DNA of 64,000 nt from Hydrolagus colliei (lineage: Eukaryota). Position numbers and translations under genes: made by a program. The notes under the pieces are model-generated. The model searched no databases and was not told where the DNA came from. It worked only from the letters and a program-made list of their open reading frames with translations. Shown here in pieces: positions 40,273-53,764 of the stretch. The stretch is taken from contig CM068748.1 in NCBI GenBank assembly GCA_035084275.1, positions 6,324,001 to 6,388,000 on the forward strand, given 5' to 3'. Position 1 is the stretch's first letter; each line of letters opens with the position of its first letter.

Positions 40273-42581
40273 AGGGTAAATATACAGTCAATTCACTTTA
40301 CAGTATATTCTGTGCAGCGCTTTGAGATGTCTACAAGATATGAAAAGCACTGTATCAAATGCAAGGATTATTATTATATGTTCCACTGGAGCGAGAACTT
40401 AGGGACTGATATTTCACCCATCTTGCCTTGTTTAGAAAAGGAATGATGCACATATCAAAAGGATGCTTCCTCTGGTTGCTCGTTCTCCTTGCAAGTCAGA
40501 ACAATAAAACTGAAGCTGGATGAGTGTCAGACCAGAATGTTTTTTGGACGCTGCTGCTGAATGTTATGTGATCTGTGAACTTAGATTCTGTCTATCACTG
40601 TGAAATGACAAAATTTAGCACATTCCAGTCTTTCATTCTCATGCTGTTCCTAATTGCAAAGTAGCTTCCGAATGTTCCTCCTTTTCCATTTCAACATTTG
40701 TATAGCGACGTTCATGTCAGGAGGATATCCTAAAACACTGGACAGTCAGGGATCCACACCTGAGCTGATGGATTTTTCACATATTGTACAGTATTGTATT
40801 TCTTATTTAAGTCATCATGCTACACTGCCATCTGGTGGGTTGCACTTGTACATACAACAGTATTGTTAACCACAATAAGTATATTAATGAAACTGTCACA
40901 AGTGAACAATGCTCAATATTATTTGTTTTGCAAATACAAATGGTAATAATTCCTTCAAAAATAATAATTTGGTCACTCAATCCATGGCTGTTTGTGGGAC
41001 ACTGCTGTGCACAATGCACAGCATTGGTGGGCTGCCACATTTCGCCCACCAAATAAACAGTCAATTCACTTTACAGTAGATTTTGTGAAGCTCTTTGAGA
41101 AGTCTTGAAGATGTGAAAAGGCCCAATATCAAATGCAAGGATTATTATTATTTATTATTTGCATTCAAAGCAGCTTTAGGATCAATTGTTTAGGGTAATT
41201 GATATGCTCAATTGTCTAGCCTTTTATACTGCTGCCTTTGGAAGATTTACAAGACAAATATTAAAATGATGAAGCTATTTATTGTGTATGATAGCTCCAT
41301 AATTAAAATATCTATCAAAAGCACAATACATATAGAGTGTTTCCCAAACTAAGATTTTTCGAATGATTAACAGACGATAGGGAGATACCTTTCAAATCTA
41401 ATCACAGTTCCGACCACATTGTAAATTATTGATTGGATGGTGAGACGATAGTGGAATAGTGACAGTGAGTTGCCAGATCATAACAGATATTATAGTATGC
41501 AACCTATTATATGCATATGTTATAGCATCAACAGGAATAAGTTCTATAATGATTGTGATCTAGTTATTCTTAACCTCTTCCTTCTTTGTCAATTGAAAAA
41601 AATATGTTCTGCATCTGAAAGCTTAATATCAATGAACAACGTTTTAACTTTATTTCTGTAATTGGTTTCAATATATCTCCCCACCCTAAACTTAGCAGAA
41701 TCCTTCCTAGATCTGGCTGAGCCCAACAGACTCATCCTGAGGGTCTAGTGGAATGTCACTAGAGATTGGGATTGAAATTCTGATTCTCTGAAACAATCGT
41801 GATGTTTTATTCACATAATTTCAATACTGTACGTGTCTTGAAATACAGTGTATGACACCCAGCTCCTGATGAATCTTAATTTTGTAACAACAATATTTTT
41901 AGACTTGTTCTATTATATAACAGCTGGGAAGCCAGGGAAACAAGCCAGAAGAATAGATGTGATAATAAAGAATCTATGTGTCTTCATCTTTTTCCTTTCA
42001 CCATTTTGACTGTTTCATCCCAACCACTTCCCCTCCCCACCCCACTTGCTTACAATACTAACTCTGGCATAAGGAAGTTAATTTTAGGATCTCAGTCTGA
42101 ATAATTCATATGGCTGTCTTGTAATTGTTACCAGATGGATCATATTATTCAGACTTTTAAATGGAAATGTTGATTTGCATTTACATTTTGCACATTAAAA
42201 AGCTGTACTAAAATTCCAAGTGTTCAGTAACCAAAATGAGTTTTCATTGCAAACTACCACTATGAGCAAAATAAATATGGGCTATCAGAACTATTTTAGA
42301 AAGAGTTTTGACTCCTTTCGTATAAATTTGTGTTTTACTGGCTTGTTGCATTCTTTCATACCATTACGTACCATTGCTACAACAGCAGCTTGTATTTTTA
42401 TGGCGCCCTTTATGCTGGATGGCGTCTCAGAGCTCTTGCTCAGCTAAACATAGTGTTAGAAAACCTGCTCCCAGTCTTACTTTTAAATGCAGAAGGTGAT
42501 TCACAAGACTGGCAAACATTGACTTGTCTTCTGAATTAAACTTGCTCCTCAAGGGAAGCATCACCTTCACTGTGTTCCTTT

Positions 42582-42742
42582 CATAAGAACATAAGAATAA
42601 GGAGCAGGAGTAGGCCATTCGGCCCCTCGAGCCTGCCCCGCCATTCAATTAGATCATGTCTGATCTTCTAATCTAACGCCACCAGCATGTGTAATCCCCA
42701 TATCCCTTAATCCATTTATCCATAAGAAATCTATCAATCTTT
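42582..42742 (-). mobile_element. CR1 LINE 3' end (second subfamily)
   Basis: CATAAGAACATAAGAA octamer tail followed by GGAGCAGGAGTAGGCCATTCGGCCCCTCGAGCCTG. Confidence 0.82.
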
Positions 42743-45719
42743 CCTAGATTGGCCATCTGAAGTTAGGGAGTTCGGCAATTCACCCTTCTCCCTGACACAG
42801 TGTACCATCATGCTATCTTTTACCATTCATGATCTTCATTTAAAAAAAGCCTAATTATCCAAATAAAGATTGTGGATTGTTGCAACTACCACAATTTATC
42901 GTGAAGTGGGAGTTGGTTCAGGTAATATTCAATCCCACAAATAGATGTTGAATGATTTGGCCTCCCATTCCATCTTGAAATAAGTTCTCACTTAGGTCTA
43001 AAATGCTTCCAATACAATACTTTGAACATAATAATAATAACAATAATAATAATAATCCTTGCATTTGATATAGCACTTTGTACATCTTATCGACGTCTCA
43101 AAGCGCTTCACAGAATATACTGTAAAGTGAACTGACTGTATATTTGTGGGCGAACTGCAGCAGCCAATTGTGCACAGCACATGCTGGACTGCTAATGAAC
43201 TACCCAGTTTGCCATGGGGACATATTTTCACATTTATTTGCCTTCAAAATTTCCACCTGAATTAAATGTGTCCTCTAATAATTCACTAAAAGCATTATTT
43301 AAATGGAAGGGAACTTAATAGTAAATAATAATCCTTAATTTTATATAGCTCTTTTCACTTCTTCTAGACGTCTCAAAGTGCTTCAAAGAATATACTGTAA
43401 ACTGAATTGACTGTATATTTGTGAGAAAAACATGGCAGCCAATTGCGCACAGCATTGTCCCATATTTTATAGCAATAGCAACGTTTTATAATAAAAAGCA
43501 CTTTGTATTTATATACAAACTTGTGAAGCGGTGCTCTAATAACAAAGAAAATGCCTCTATTCCTGGAGCATTGTGAAATAACATTTCTCCTTGCCTCTGC
43601 TCCTTTTGGTGAGTGATAATGGACTACAGATGGTTTTAAATGCTCTTCTCTACAGCTCAAATATTTTCCTGCATTTGGTGATAACAGGCAGAGTTAATTT
43701 TAAAAGGCCAACTTGTAACATAAGTGCTCCTGCAGAAAGCAAAAATAATTTTGAAATATAGCCAATCAAGAATAGACAAGCTCTAGCCAGGTTACTCTCT
43801 GCTATACTCCTGAGATTTGCACATATGGTCTTATCCAACTGAGCACAGGACTCCAACTGTGTCAGAGCGATAATGGGATTTTTTTTAAAAAGGGATCTCA
43901 AAGGTGGATAAATAAGATCAACAGTAGCTCAATATCTTAGCAAACATTTATCTATAATTCCCTTATTTGAACAACACCATGTTCCTCAAGCACAGCACTG
44001 GAGTATCAGCCAAGACTTTAAGTTGAAAGCTCTAACATGGGATTTGAACCCACAACCTTCTGACTCAGAAGCTTAAGAGCTACTAATTGAGCCAGGCCCA
44101 TATTTTTATCTATGTAAATTATACACACGTGTAGTTTTCACCGGATAAAGGCAGTACTTTAAGCCATAATTATGGCTTCCTGCTCCAGGAAAGATTCATT
44201 TCCTAGTTATGTGTCAAGTTCTCTGGCATCAAATCTCTATGTTTTAGTGCTGGTTCTCCTTCCAAATCAAAATCCTTTTGAAAATTAGTCCATGCTGATC
44301 CAAAGCACGATATTCTGCTGAGTTTTATTTTTACAACACATTAAATATTAACCAGCAAATACTTGCCAGCAAATTTATGGCAAACATTGCAGATTTATGC
44401 AAGTTTAAGTTTGAATACATTTACTCATGGTAAACAGCTGAATGCAAGTGATGATACATAGTGATTAATGTCAAATTAAAATGCAAAATGCAAGGAATGG
44501 GATTGCAGAGTGGAATTATGTTCAGGTCCTGATTTGCTAAGTCATGACTTCTGTTCGGTCTGCTTTGCACAATGTCAACTTAGTGCATTCCTGGCCCCAA
44601 AAGCACATTCAAATTGTATCATTAGAGTACAATGTGAAGTGAATGCAGATTCAATGTGCTATGAATGAGGTATGGTAGTCTGCCACAAGCAGTCACAAGC
44701 AGTCACAAGCAAAACAAATTATTTCAGGAAAATTATCATGTATTTTGCTTTTCTATACTGTATTCAGTTGTACTTTAGATTTAGAGTTTGACGTGTAAAT
44801 GCATCCTTCATTTGTAAATAGGACCTTAATATAGAAACATATCATACATTTCACCTTGAAATGATGGGTTATGAAGTCTGGAGTAATGGAGAATTATCTT
44901 GCTCTTACATATTTTCGGTTCAGTTAATGATTTGCAGTGTTGCAATTTGACATTTATTAAACAATGAACCATTTCAGAAATAAAACAAAATTATGCATTT
45001 TAATCAACTATAAATATCTTACTCTTACATATACCATTGCATTTTCAATTCTGAAAGTAACAAAATAAATTACTGGAGTTAGCTGATTGTCTGCAGTCAT
45101 ACTAATAGACCGACCCCATTGCAGAGATCCAAACAGTACAGAAAATTGGACTCTATGACCAAATACTGATTTGTTTTACCAAAATACAAATTAGTACAAA
45201 TTCAATTATTGTTTATTAGGAATTATACTATCACTATAGTATTACATTGCTAGACTGCTCTTCTCACGCCTCACCTCTCTCTCTGTTTGATTTGATTTTC
45301 TCTTTTTTCCTCTCTCTTTTCTCTGAGTCGCTCTAATCGTTTCTCTCTTTCCCTACCATATCACTATTTCTATCCCTTAACTGTATAATGTAAAATTATG
45401 AAGATTTAGTCCTCCTCTAGGTTTTGTTTATGTGTACATTGGAGCCACAAACTTATCTCATGCTCTTAAACTTTGCCTTGTTGCACAACAAACAGATATA
45501 TTACTGTTTGAGACAAATTGTTCACTTCATGATTAAAATAGATGCATTATCTTTGGCCGGTATCATGCCTATGTAACAATATTATTGGTTCTAGCTAACC
45601 ATGTGCCCCTTTGGATTGGCAGCACCAAATTATACTAATTTCTAAATCAACAGTCACCTGACATTTATTTTCCTTTAGAAATGACTAACATCGAAATGGA
45701 TTTTGAGACTTTAATGCCC

Positions 45720-46455
45720 TCCATGGTCTTACTCCTCCCCACCTCTGCGGCCTATTGAAATTTTACCACTCCCTTTGCTCTGGAGGCACTGACCCTCCCT
45801 ATGTCCCCTGACCTGCCTTTTCCACTATTGGCGGTCGGGCTTTCAGCATTTCTACCCGAACATCGTCCCGGAGCCCTCTACATCGCCTCCTCCCTTGGCT
45901 CCTTCAAGGCCCATCTCAAGACATTTTTTGACCATGCCTTTGGTCATCTTCCCTCCTCCACTCGCCTTGCCTCCACCCCTCTCTGATCCCAACCCATAGC
46001 TCAAGAGCAAACACCTCATTTATTGTCTTGGGTCACCTCCCAATGTGAAAGACCTGTATAAATGCAACTTTTTGTTGTTTTTGTTGAATGCAAACCAGAC
46101 CCAGATGTAGTTATAGGCATTAGACAGGATGGTATTCAAATGAATGCAGGTGCATTTAACATTAACTGACATCCAGGATCACTTGAAAGTATTCAACCAA
46201 GCAGCCGTTGACCACAACTTGGTTGGCATCCAACTTTACTTCATTGGTTTTCATGAACAGAATAGTATGTACATGCTATATCACACCTAATGCCACATAA
46301 TCTCATAACCCTTACAACAACAATAACAAAATTACATTTATAGAGCGCCTTTCACGTTGGGAGGACGTCCCAAGGCAATAAGGGGTTTGCTCTTGAGCTA
46401 TGGGTTGGGATCAGAGAAGGGTGGAGGGCAGTGGAGGGAGTGGAGGAGGCAAGAT
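45720..46455. mobile_element. Tail-to-tail pair of L2 3' ends (45720-46086 +, 46313-46455 -)
   Basis: Both carry L2 tails; they share a 33-bp perfect inverted repeat. Confidence 0.82.
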
Positions 46456-47985
46456 AACAGTCCAGCAATGTGATGCAAGAGTTCTGCAGCACCTAGATAT
46501 TGAATAAAAATATTAATATTGCCAAAATAAAATAAAAATACAGTAGTTTGAATATTGAAGACAATCATTGATCTTCTTCTATCTTCTGTATCAATAAAAT
46601 GACCATGTCTGCCCGTGCTTCAAGAAGAATATCAATAACTGAGTTAGAGGCACGATTTATACCTCACCAGAAATGTCTTGCACTTGGGAGTAACATGGGC
46701 CTATTTATATTCGGGTATCTGCGATCGTTTATGAGTTATTTCAGTTTTACGTTGCAGTTACAACTGATGACCATAAGGGCTGACTGGCGCTTTGGTATCC
46801 CATATCACAGAGCACGAAGATAGGCAATCGACAAGGAACAAAATAAAGAAAACAAACAAAGCTAAACCATGGCAACAATACCAAATTACATTTTTAAAAC
46901 GCCTTTCGTGTCGAGGGGACGTCCCAGTGATTATAAATAATACATTTAGATTTTTTCATTGCAAAGATGCCTAAACGAAAATCAAACATTTCAAGGATAA
47001 ATAAAAACGCTAGGCAAAAGAGAGAAGGCTCATTAAATGAAACTGAAGAACATTGTCCTCCCACAGGATTCCTCCCAGATGAGTATAGATAAAGATGAAA
47101 TGTCTGTCTGCGAATCTCTCTATGTGTAAATCTACATTCCATATTGGATCCTTTGGTTGCAAGACTAGCTGCGGGTACAGCGAGTATATTCATGACCAGA
47201 AAAGCAAATCTCCATAAAAATTGCCAAAAATGAACCTTGTTACTGGAGATACCAGGTAGGCATCAACCTCAACCTGCATGATTCTGGATTCCCTCAGAGC
47301 CAATTCAACCCCGAGGGACCTTGCTTTATTTTCAATATTTTATTTTTAAATACACATAATCAGCATGAACTGGACAAGTTTATCATATAGATTGGAAACC
47401 TGAGTGCAGTTTTTAGCAGCAAAGCATTATGAATAAGGTACTATTGTCTAACTTGCAGTATTTCCTAATTTAATATTTCTCAATAAATAATCAAAATTAT
47501 GCAAGTGGAGACTCCTTCATGTAACAAGACATATATCACACCCACTTAGTGCCAATATGATTTACATCTGAAGCAAATATCAATGTTTCGGGAATTGTAA
47601 TGGGATTTATTATTCAGTTCGAGATGGGCTTACTGTTTTCGTGGATAATTTTAATTTGGCATTACAAAATATTGTGGTATTATTTGATATGATGTCTACT
47701 AATACCTTTGAATCTGTAATGTTTCGCCGAATAGACAGGGAAAAACATCTAAAATAAATGTATCCCAAATACCTGTTAATTTCTCAGAAATCAACATACC
47801 TCAATTATATGGAATATCAGTTTTGTTCAACTGAAACCTGTTTCATTCAATAAATGTGTTACAGCCAATGAACGTTTACCCATCATTCACTTTGCTTTTC
47901 TCGTGCATTGAAAGAAAATGATGGGTCTTGATACAATCTTATCACCAAAGACAAACATAAATTATTTATAGAAAATAAAAGTTAC

Positions 47986-48160
47986 CTGCAGTCTATGTCT
48001 TTCCTGTATATCCACAGGTTTTCCTGCGCCCATGCTGTCTGTGAACCAGGAGATATCCAACATCTCAAATGTGTTCGTGTTTGACAGCTTGTGTGTCTGG
48101 ATCCAGTCCCAAATTTCATTCCAAGAGTTGTTTTCTGCCACAATATGTGTGACTGCATCA
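47986..48160 (-). CDS. DNTT: DNTT exon 2 (BRCT): (S)DAVTHIVAENNSWNEIWDWIQTHKLSNTNTFEMLDISWFTDSMGAGKPVDIQERHRLQ
   Basis: Acceptor TTATAG|, donor CAG|GTAAC, 175 nt, phase 2 to 0. Confidence 0.97.
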
Positions 48161-48318
48161 CTATAATTTAGAGAAAACGGAGACGCTTTGCATCAGCGGT
48201 GTGTTCAGTAAGCTACAAAATCAAGGACTATTCAGATTATGGACGTACATTGTGAAGGTTAGTATTGCTGGAATTAATGTTTCTGATGAGGCTATCATAT
48301 AACTAAGCCTATATGAAC

Positions 48319-48460
48319 AAAACACAAAATACTGCAGATGCTGGAAATCTAGTTCTGGGTTCTGACGAAGGGTCGTGGACCCGAAACGTTGAATCACTTT
48401 CCTTTCTCCATAAATGCTGCCTGACCTGCTGAGTTTTCCCAGCTCTCTCGGTTTTTGTTA
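48319..48460 (+). mobile_element. Short repeat carrying a minimal hammerhead-ribozyme-like core (Penelope-like/retrozyme type)
   Basis: CTGACGA-A-GGGTC-GTG-GACCC-GAAACGTT at 48362-48390; the flanks are loosely complementary to each other. Confidence 0.65.
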
Positions 48461-49778
48461 CTAAACCTGTATCCACTGGAGTTTTATGTTGAATATACTA
48501 GGGACCTGATTCTATCAAGGTTAAGCAAGAGAAGAAATGTGGAAAGCTGCAAAAGATATTGTGGCTATTGCCTGTGAAATTCCACAAACAACATAAGGTA
48601 CAATTGTATATTAAAAATGCCAACATTCAACTCCAAAAACAATTGTAAATATCAGCAGGCATGCAGATTGAGTTGAATTACGAACTTGGAAAATGAACCA
48701 TGTGGGTGAAAAAATAGGTTACATTTCATTTCATTTGGATCAGGCTTAACCGTGCAATACAGCAATGTTAAGTTGTTTTATGAAACACTATCAGACAGGA
48801 AGCAGAATGGGGTATTTTTGTTTACAGTGTTCACTTGCCCAGCTGTCCCTTTGCATTTAATCCAAATTACCATTACTGGGCCACTTTACAGCAATGCTTT
48901 GAATTTCTATTTATCGGATCTGCTAGTCTTTGTTAAACCAACACTCATCAGTCTTGAGAAATTGTGAGTATATTCATATTTAATTGGCAGAATTGAGCTA
49001 CATAGTGAAAAAATATGATGCCTTATCATATAACAGATGTAACAGTCTGTATTGTTGGTTTCCATTTCCTTTCAGGATACATGGCCTCAGACGTACCCTT
49101 TTATTGCGAGACGTACTAAACGGTTCCCTGCATATTGGAATGGTGCCATTCGGAATGTGGTGCAACGAACTTCATACTTGACAGAGACCAACAAGGTTTT
49201 TTCAGGTCAATCATGTTTTTCTTTTGCTCTCTTAACCTGAGCCTTGGTTTCACCCTGCTGAATCCTGAGGGCACCTGAGAATTCTCTGAACAGTCCGGGT
49301 TGACTAAATCAAAGGTTTGTACCACTACAAAGTGTTCCATGCTTCCTGTTACAGTTACAGAGTTACAGAATGTAACTATACCCCCAAAAGCCTGATTTGA
49401 AGTTGGTTACTCTGTTCAAATTACAGGAAAACATATAATACCAACAATAATAATAATAATCTTTGCATTTGATATAGCACTTTTCACATCTTCTCGACAT
49501 CTCAAAGCGCTTCACAGAATATAATGTAAAGTGAATTGACTAAATATAAATGCAGGTGAACACGTAAATATGACAGTTACCAAACAGAGTGATCCAGTTA
49601 GTCTGGGTACTTGACAGTGATTTGGAGAATCCTTTTTATACATCATGGAGCATTTGATGTTGAGACGTGCAGCAGAGCACTGCGAGGCTTGTTGGTAGAA
49701 TTTCAAGCGGCAGAGACTTCTGCACCCACTCAACTTATGTTAACTGTGCAAGCCACATGGCGTAAGGTTGGCCTAGGG

Positions 49779-50105
49779 CAGTGGTTCCCAACCTCCGGTC
49801 CCGACCCAAATCAGAGTCACGGGGGTCCTCAGTAGGGTCTCAAAGGGTTATCAGAAATATTTTTTTTTCCTTTTTCTAACGCTGAAAATGCTTTTTTAAT
49901 GCTGAAACGTGGTCAAGGCAACACTGCCGACCATTTTGTACGAAAGACCGTACTAGCAAGTTGCGCTGAGTCCACAAAAGAGACGGAGATATCGTCTTGG
50001 CTGAGCTTCGCTTCAGTCGTGTAGTCTGGAGGTCCTTAGGTTTAGGGTTAGGGCCGATTGTCGGCCGATTTAGGGTCGCAGCAAAAAAATGTTTGGGAAC
50101 CACTG
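49779..50105. mobile_element. hAT (Charlie-like) MITE
   Basis: TIRs CAGTGGTTCCCAA / TTGGGAACCACTG; degenerate 8-bp TSD GCCTAGGG / GCCTTGTG. Confidence 0.85.
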
Positions 50106-51605
50106 GCCTTGTGGGACAAGCACAGGAAAGTTTGACAAAGAGTGCTTCGCACAGTTTTGATACTCTTAAACATGGTGATGGGTCTCCTGATTTGTCATCT
50201 CTTAAGGTTAGTGCAGAATATTGGACTGACTGATGATGCCTGTACGAGCACCATTACTAGCACTCAGGGTTTGCAATATTACCAAATCTCTGCGGTATGG
50301 TCACATTCCCTCTGAAATGAATTAACCTTTTTGCCCCCTGAAACAATGCATCAGTCATCTCCTGAAAGCACTGAGACACGTTCTCAAATAATATCAGGGG
50401 AAAGTAATCCCTAAAGTCTGGAACAACCCTATGGCAACAAAACTTAATAGCTGCTGTCGATTTGCAGCCATTGTCAGTATAGTTACCAAGTACAGTAATA
50501 TCGCTTGGCTATACACTAAGCCTAAACCTCCAAAAACATGATGCTATGTTGCACCTAAAATGTTACACAGTACCTGAGATGTGAGCAGTATATATATTTT
50601 GGGGGTCAAAAATAAATGCAAAAACAATTTGTATGAAAGACGCTCTAAAAATAAAATTTTGTTGTTGCTCCATTGTCACAATAAAATCTGCAAAATCCAG
50701 TCTAGTGTTGTACTAATAACAAAGGCCACAAAACTATAACTGGTTATTGCAATCAACCATGGGTTAACAAGTAGATAGCAAGATTTGTAGCCAAAAAAGT
50801 GAGGCAGCAGGAAATTGTCATATGATAATTGTTCACAGTTTTAATATTCCAGAAACTGAGCGAATACATCAAGCACAACCAAAAGGATTGAAAGTGCAAA
50901 GAGCTGTAGAGAGGTACTATCAGAGAATTTTAATTTTTGCAACCTCTATAACATCAAAATATCTCGAAGACCTGCACAGATCCTGTAATTGATGTTGTAT
51001 AGTGATTAAATTTGTAGGTAGGCACATGTTGCTGCTTCATCATACCATATGTATCAGGGTAATGTATTACATTTAGCATTCAGCACATTATCTCAAACAA
51101 TTAATAACCTGGACATACGTTTTATTGATCATGGTATAGCACTATTTGATACTGGGATGAACATTAAGGCCAAAATTAACGGTTCTGATATGTAATGGGG
51201 ATATGAAAGCAATAGGATAAAGTATTGTACTTCGAACACCTTGAGACATCCTCCTGATATGAAAGACGCTTTACAAATGTAATTTTGTTGTCGTTGTAAA
51301 TTATTGGCAAGAGAAATTCACGGGAATTGAGTGTTGTAGGCCAGTCAGATTCTATAAGGAATAAGTTCAACAGCAAGCTAGAAATGGCAGATGTGTTGAA
51401 TTAAATCTTTCACATAAGTGTGCAAAAGTGAGGAATGCGGACACATAAAAAATCCAGCCAATTGGCTGAGGAATGTATGATATATATAATGGTCAATATT
51501 GATCAATATGCAAAGCACCAGAAAAATTTCAAACACGCATAGGAACCTCATACCATATGATGCCACTTAACAATGAGTGAGAGAATTCATGCAACTTCAG
51601 GATAC

Positions 51606-51935
51606 AATAAATAATAATAATAATCCTTGCATTTGACATAGCACTTTTCACGTCTTCTAGACGTCTCAAAGCGCTTCACAGAATACACTGTAAAGTGAAT
51701 TGACTGTATATTTGTGGGCGAAATGCGACAGCCAATTGCACGCAGCAGTGTCCCACAAATAGTCGTGGATTGAAATGACCAATTTTTTTTATTATTCTGT
51801 TTTTTTGGAGGGATTATTATTAGACGTGTGGAGTAAGGAAACTTGCCCAAGATTTCGCCCTGACCTACCTGGATTCGAACACAAGTCTCATGCTTCTAAG
51901 GCGAGCGCTCTAACCACTGAGCTTCAGGACTCCAC
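51606..51935 (-). mobile_element. tRNA-derived SINE, full length, least diverged copy
   Basis: A box TGAAGCTCAGTGG, anticodon-like arm CTCGC-CTTAGAA-GCATG, B box GTTCGAATCC. Confidence 0.9.
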
Positions 51936-53764
51936 AACAATTTCAATACAAAACCACAATAACAACAATGCCTTTCACGTCCCAAAGCTCTTCGATAGCT
52001 GTACCTATATAACTGCACAGAAAAACAAATGTAATCCTGTGATTCTTAAAAGGAAAACAACATTGTGTGATATAGGTCAATTTTGTCTGAAATTATTACT
52101 GAAGAAAACGGAAGCATTTTATCAGACTGAACGTGTTTAAAATTAATAGCCATTATTTTATCTCCTGAATGGAAGTTTCAATCCAAGCCACATTGATGGG
52201 TTGAAAGTCTTGTTCCTCTGAATGCTGTCAGAATCCCGGGTATAATGCAATTCAGAGCTTCACTGCATTCTCCAGTAAACAAGGTACACAGCACTATATG
52301 TGATATTATTTGATAATATATTGTCAGACTTGCTCAGAGACAGCAATGGTTACTAATAATTGTTGGATTAAGGACAGGGAAGATGGCAAGACACAATTTG
52401 TAGCCAAATCCATACAAATTATTTACACCGGGCTAAACCTCCAAAACATTTGTTATAATAATCCTTGCATTTGATATTGTGCTTCACATGATTTAATACA
52501 AATACATGTCGTGATTATGTTGATGCCAGATGGTAAGATTTACAGTAAGCAAAATAATTGCCTTTCTTGTGTAAAATTTCAGTTAGAAATAATACTTCAT
52601 GTGTGACATTACAGTTTAAAATGTTATAGGTCTTCTTCCTGTGGTTTTATATACAGAAAATAATTTGCAATTATTAAGTCCCCATCTTCCTGTCACATGT
52701 ACTGCAGCTCTACCACTGGGGGTTGTGACATCTGGAAGGCTCCACCATTTCTCTGTTAGTCTTATGACTGTGGTTATGTTTGGCACAAAAAAACTAACAT
52801 TGTGGCAAGATTTCTAAACTATTCAGAGGAAATGCGAAGAAACGAATAAATGCAAGTGTTTCTTTCATGTTGTATGTGTGTAAATTCATACAATTTTATG
52901 TATTGCAATCTAAAGGATCCAATGGGCACTTAATAGGCACAACCACATGATGGTTTTATCAGCCACTTTCTATGAAAGAATAGAGCAACATGGTAAACGG
53001 GATTTTCCAGAATTGTTCAACTATGTTATGGTGTATTACATAATAAAATTTAATCTGCAGAAATAAAATCAGTTAATTTTCATGGTAAATTATAATTCAC
53101 CACTGGAGAGTGAATAGGGAATAATGGATACCATCGGAGCAGCTGTGATCTAATCAAATGGTTCATAAAACATCATACACTGCAAGAACAATACTCAAGT
53201 AATTTATAATCATCTTTTACCATTTTGGATATTAAACCAGTGTTTTAGAACAAATCCAAGGGATCAACAAATATTTCATGAAACTGGGTATTTGCCAAAA
53301 TTATTTTTAAAAAACATTCAATAGTGGAACTACTCACTGCTGATTACGTACTTTGTGTGTAATTTCATTTGTTAATGTATATTTATTTATATGTTAATAT
53401 CAATGTTCTCACGTTGAATTATGAAGGAAGGGGATAAGGTTCTTTGGGGTCAAGTTGATATGTGGCAGGGTGGAGTATATTCACAACTGGCTCTTGAGGT
53501 ATTCAATTTAATTTGTCATTAACCTACCAATTCCTAGAGAGGACAGAAGTGTTTTCATTATTCTCTTCATTCATCTCTCTGTCCAAAGGAAAAATTATGT
53601 CCTACTTGGGAGGGGTGGTGTGGGGATTGGGAATTATATTAGATTTGCAAAAAAAATTTAAATCACAAGATAATTTGTTGTTTAGAGTACCACCTTGGTG
53701 TAAATACTAAATCCGAGATACAGTAATAAAAGGTACAGTCACTAATATATCAGTGGATACATAC

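Noticed and set aside
42795-42830. CACAGTG heptamer as a possible recombination signal sequence
   Set aside because: No nonamer at 12 or 23 bp spacing.
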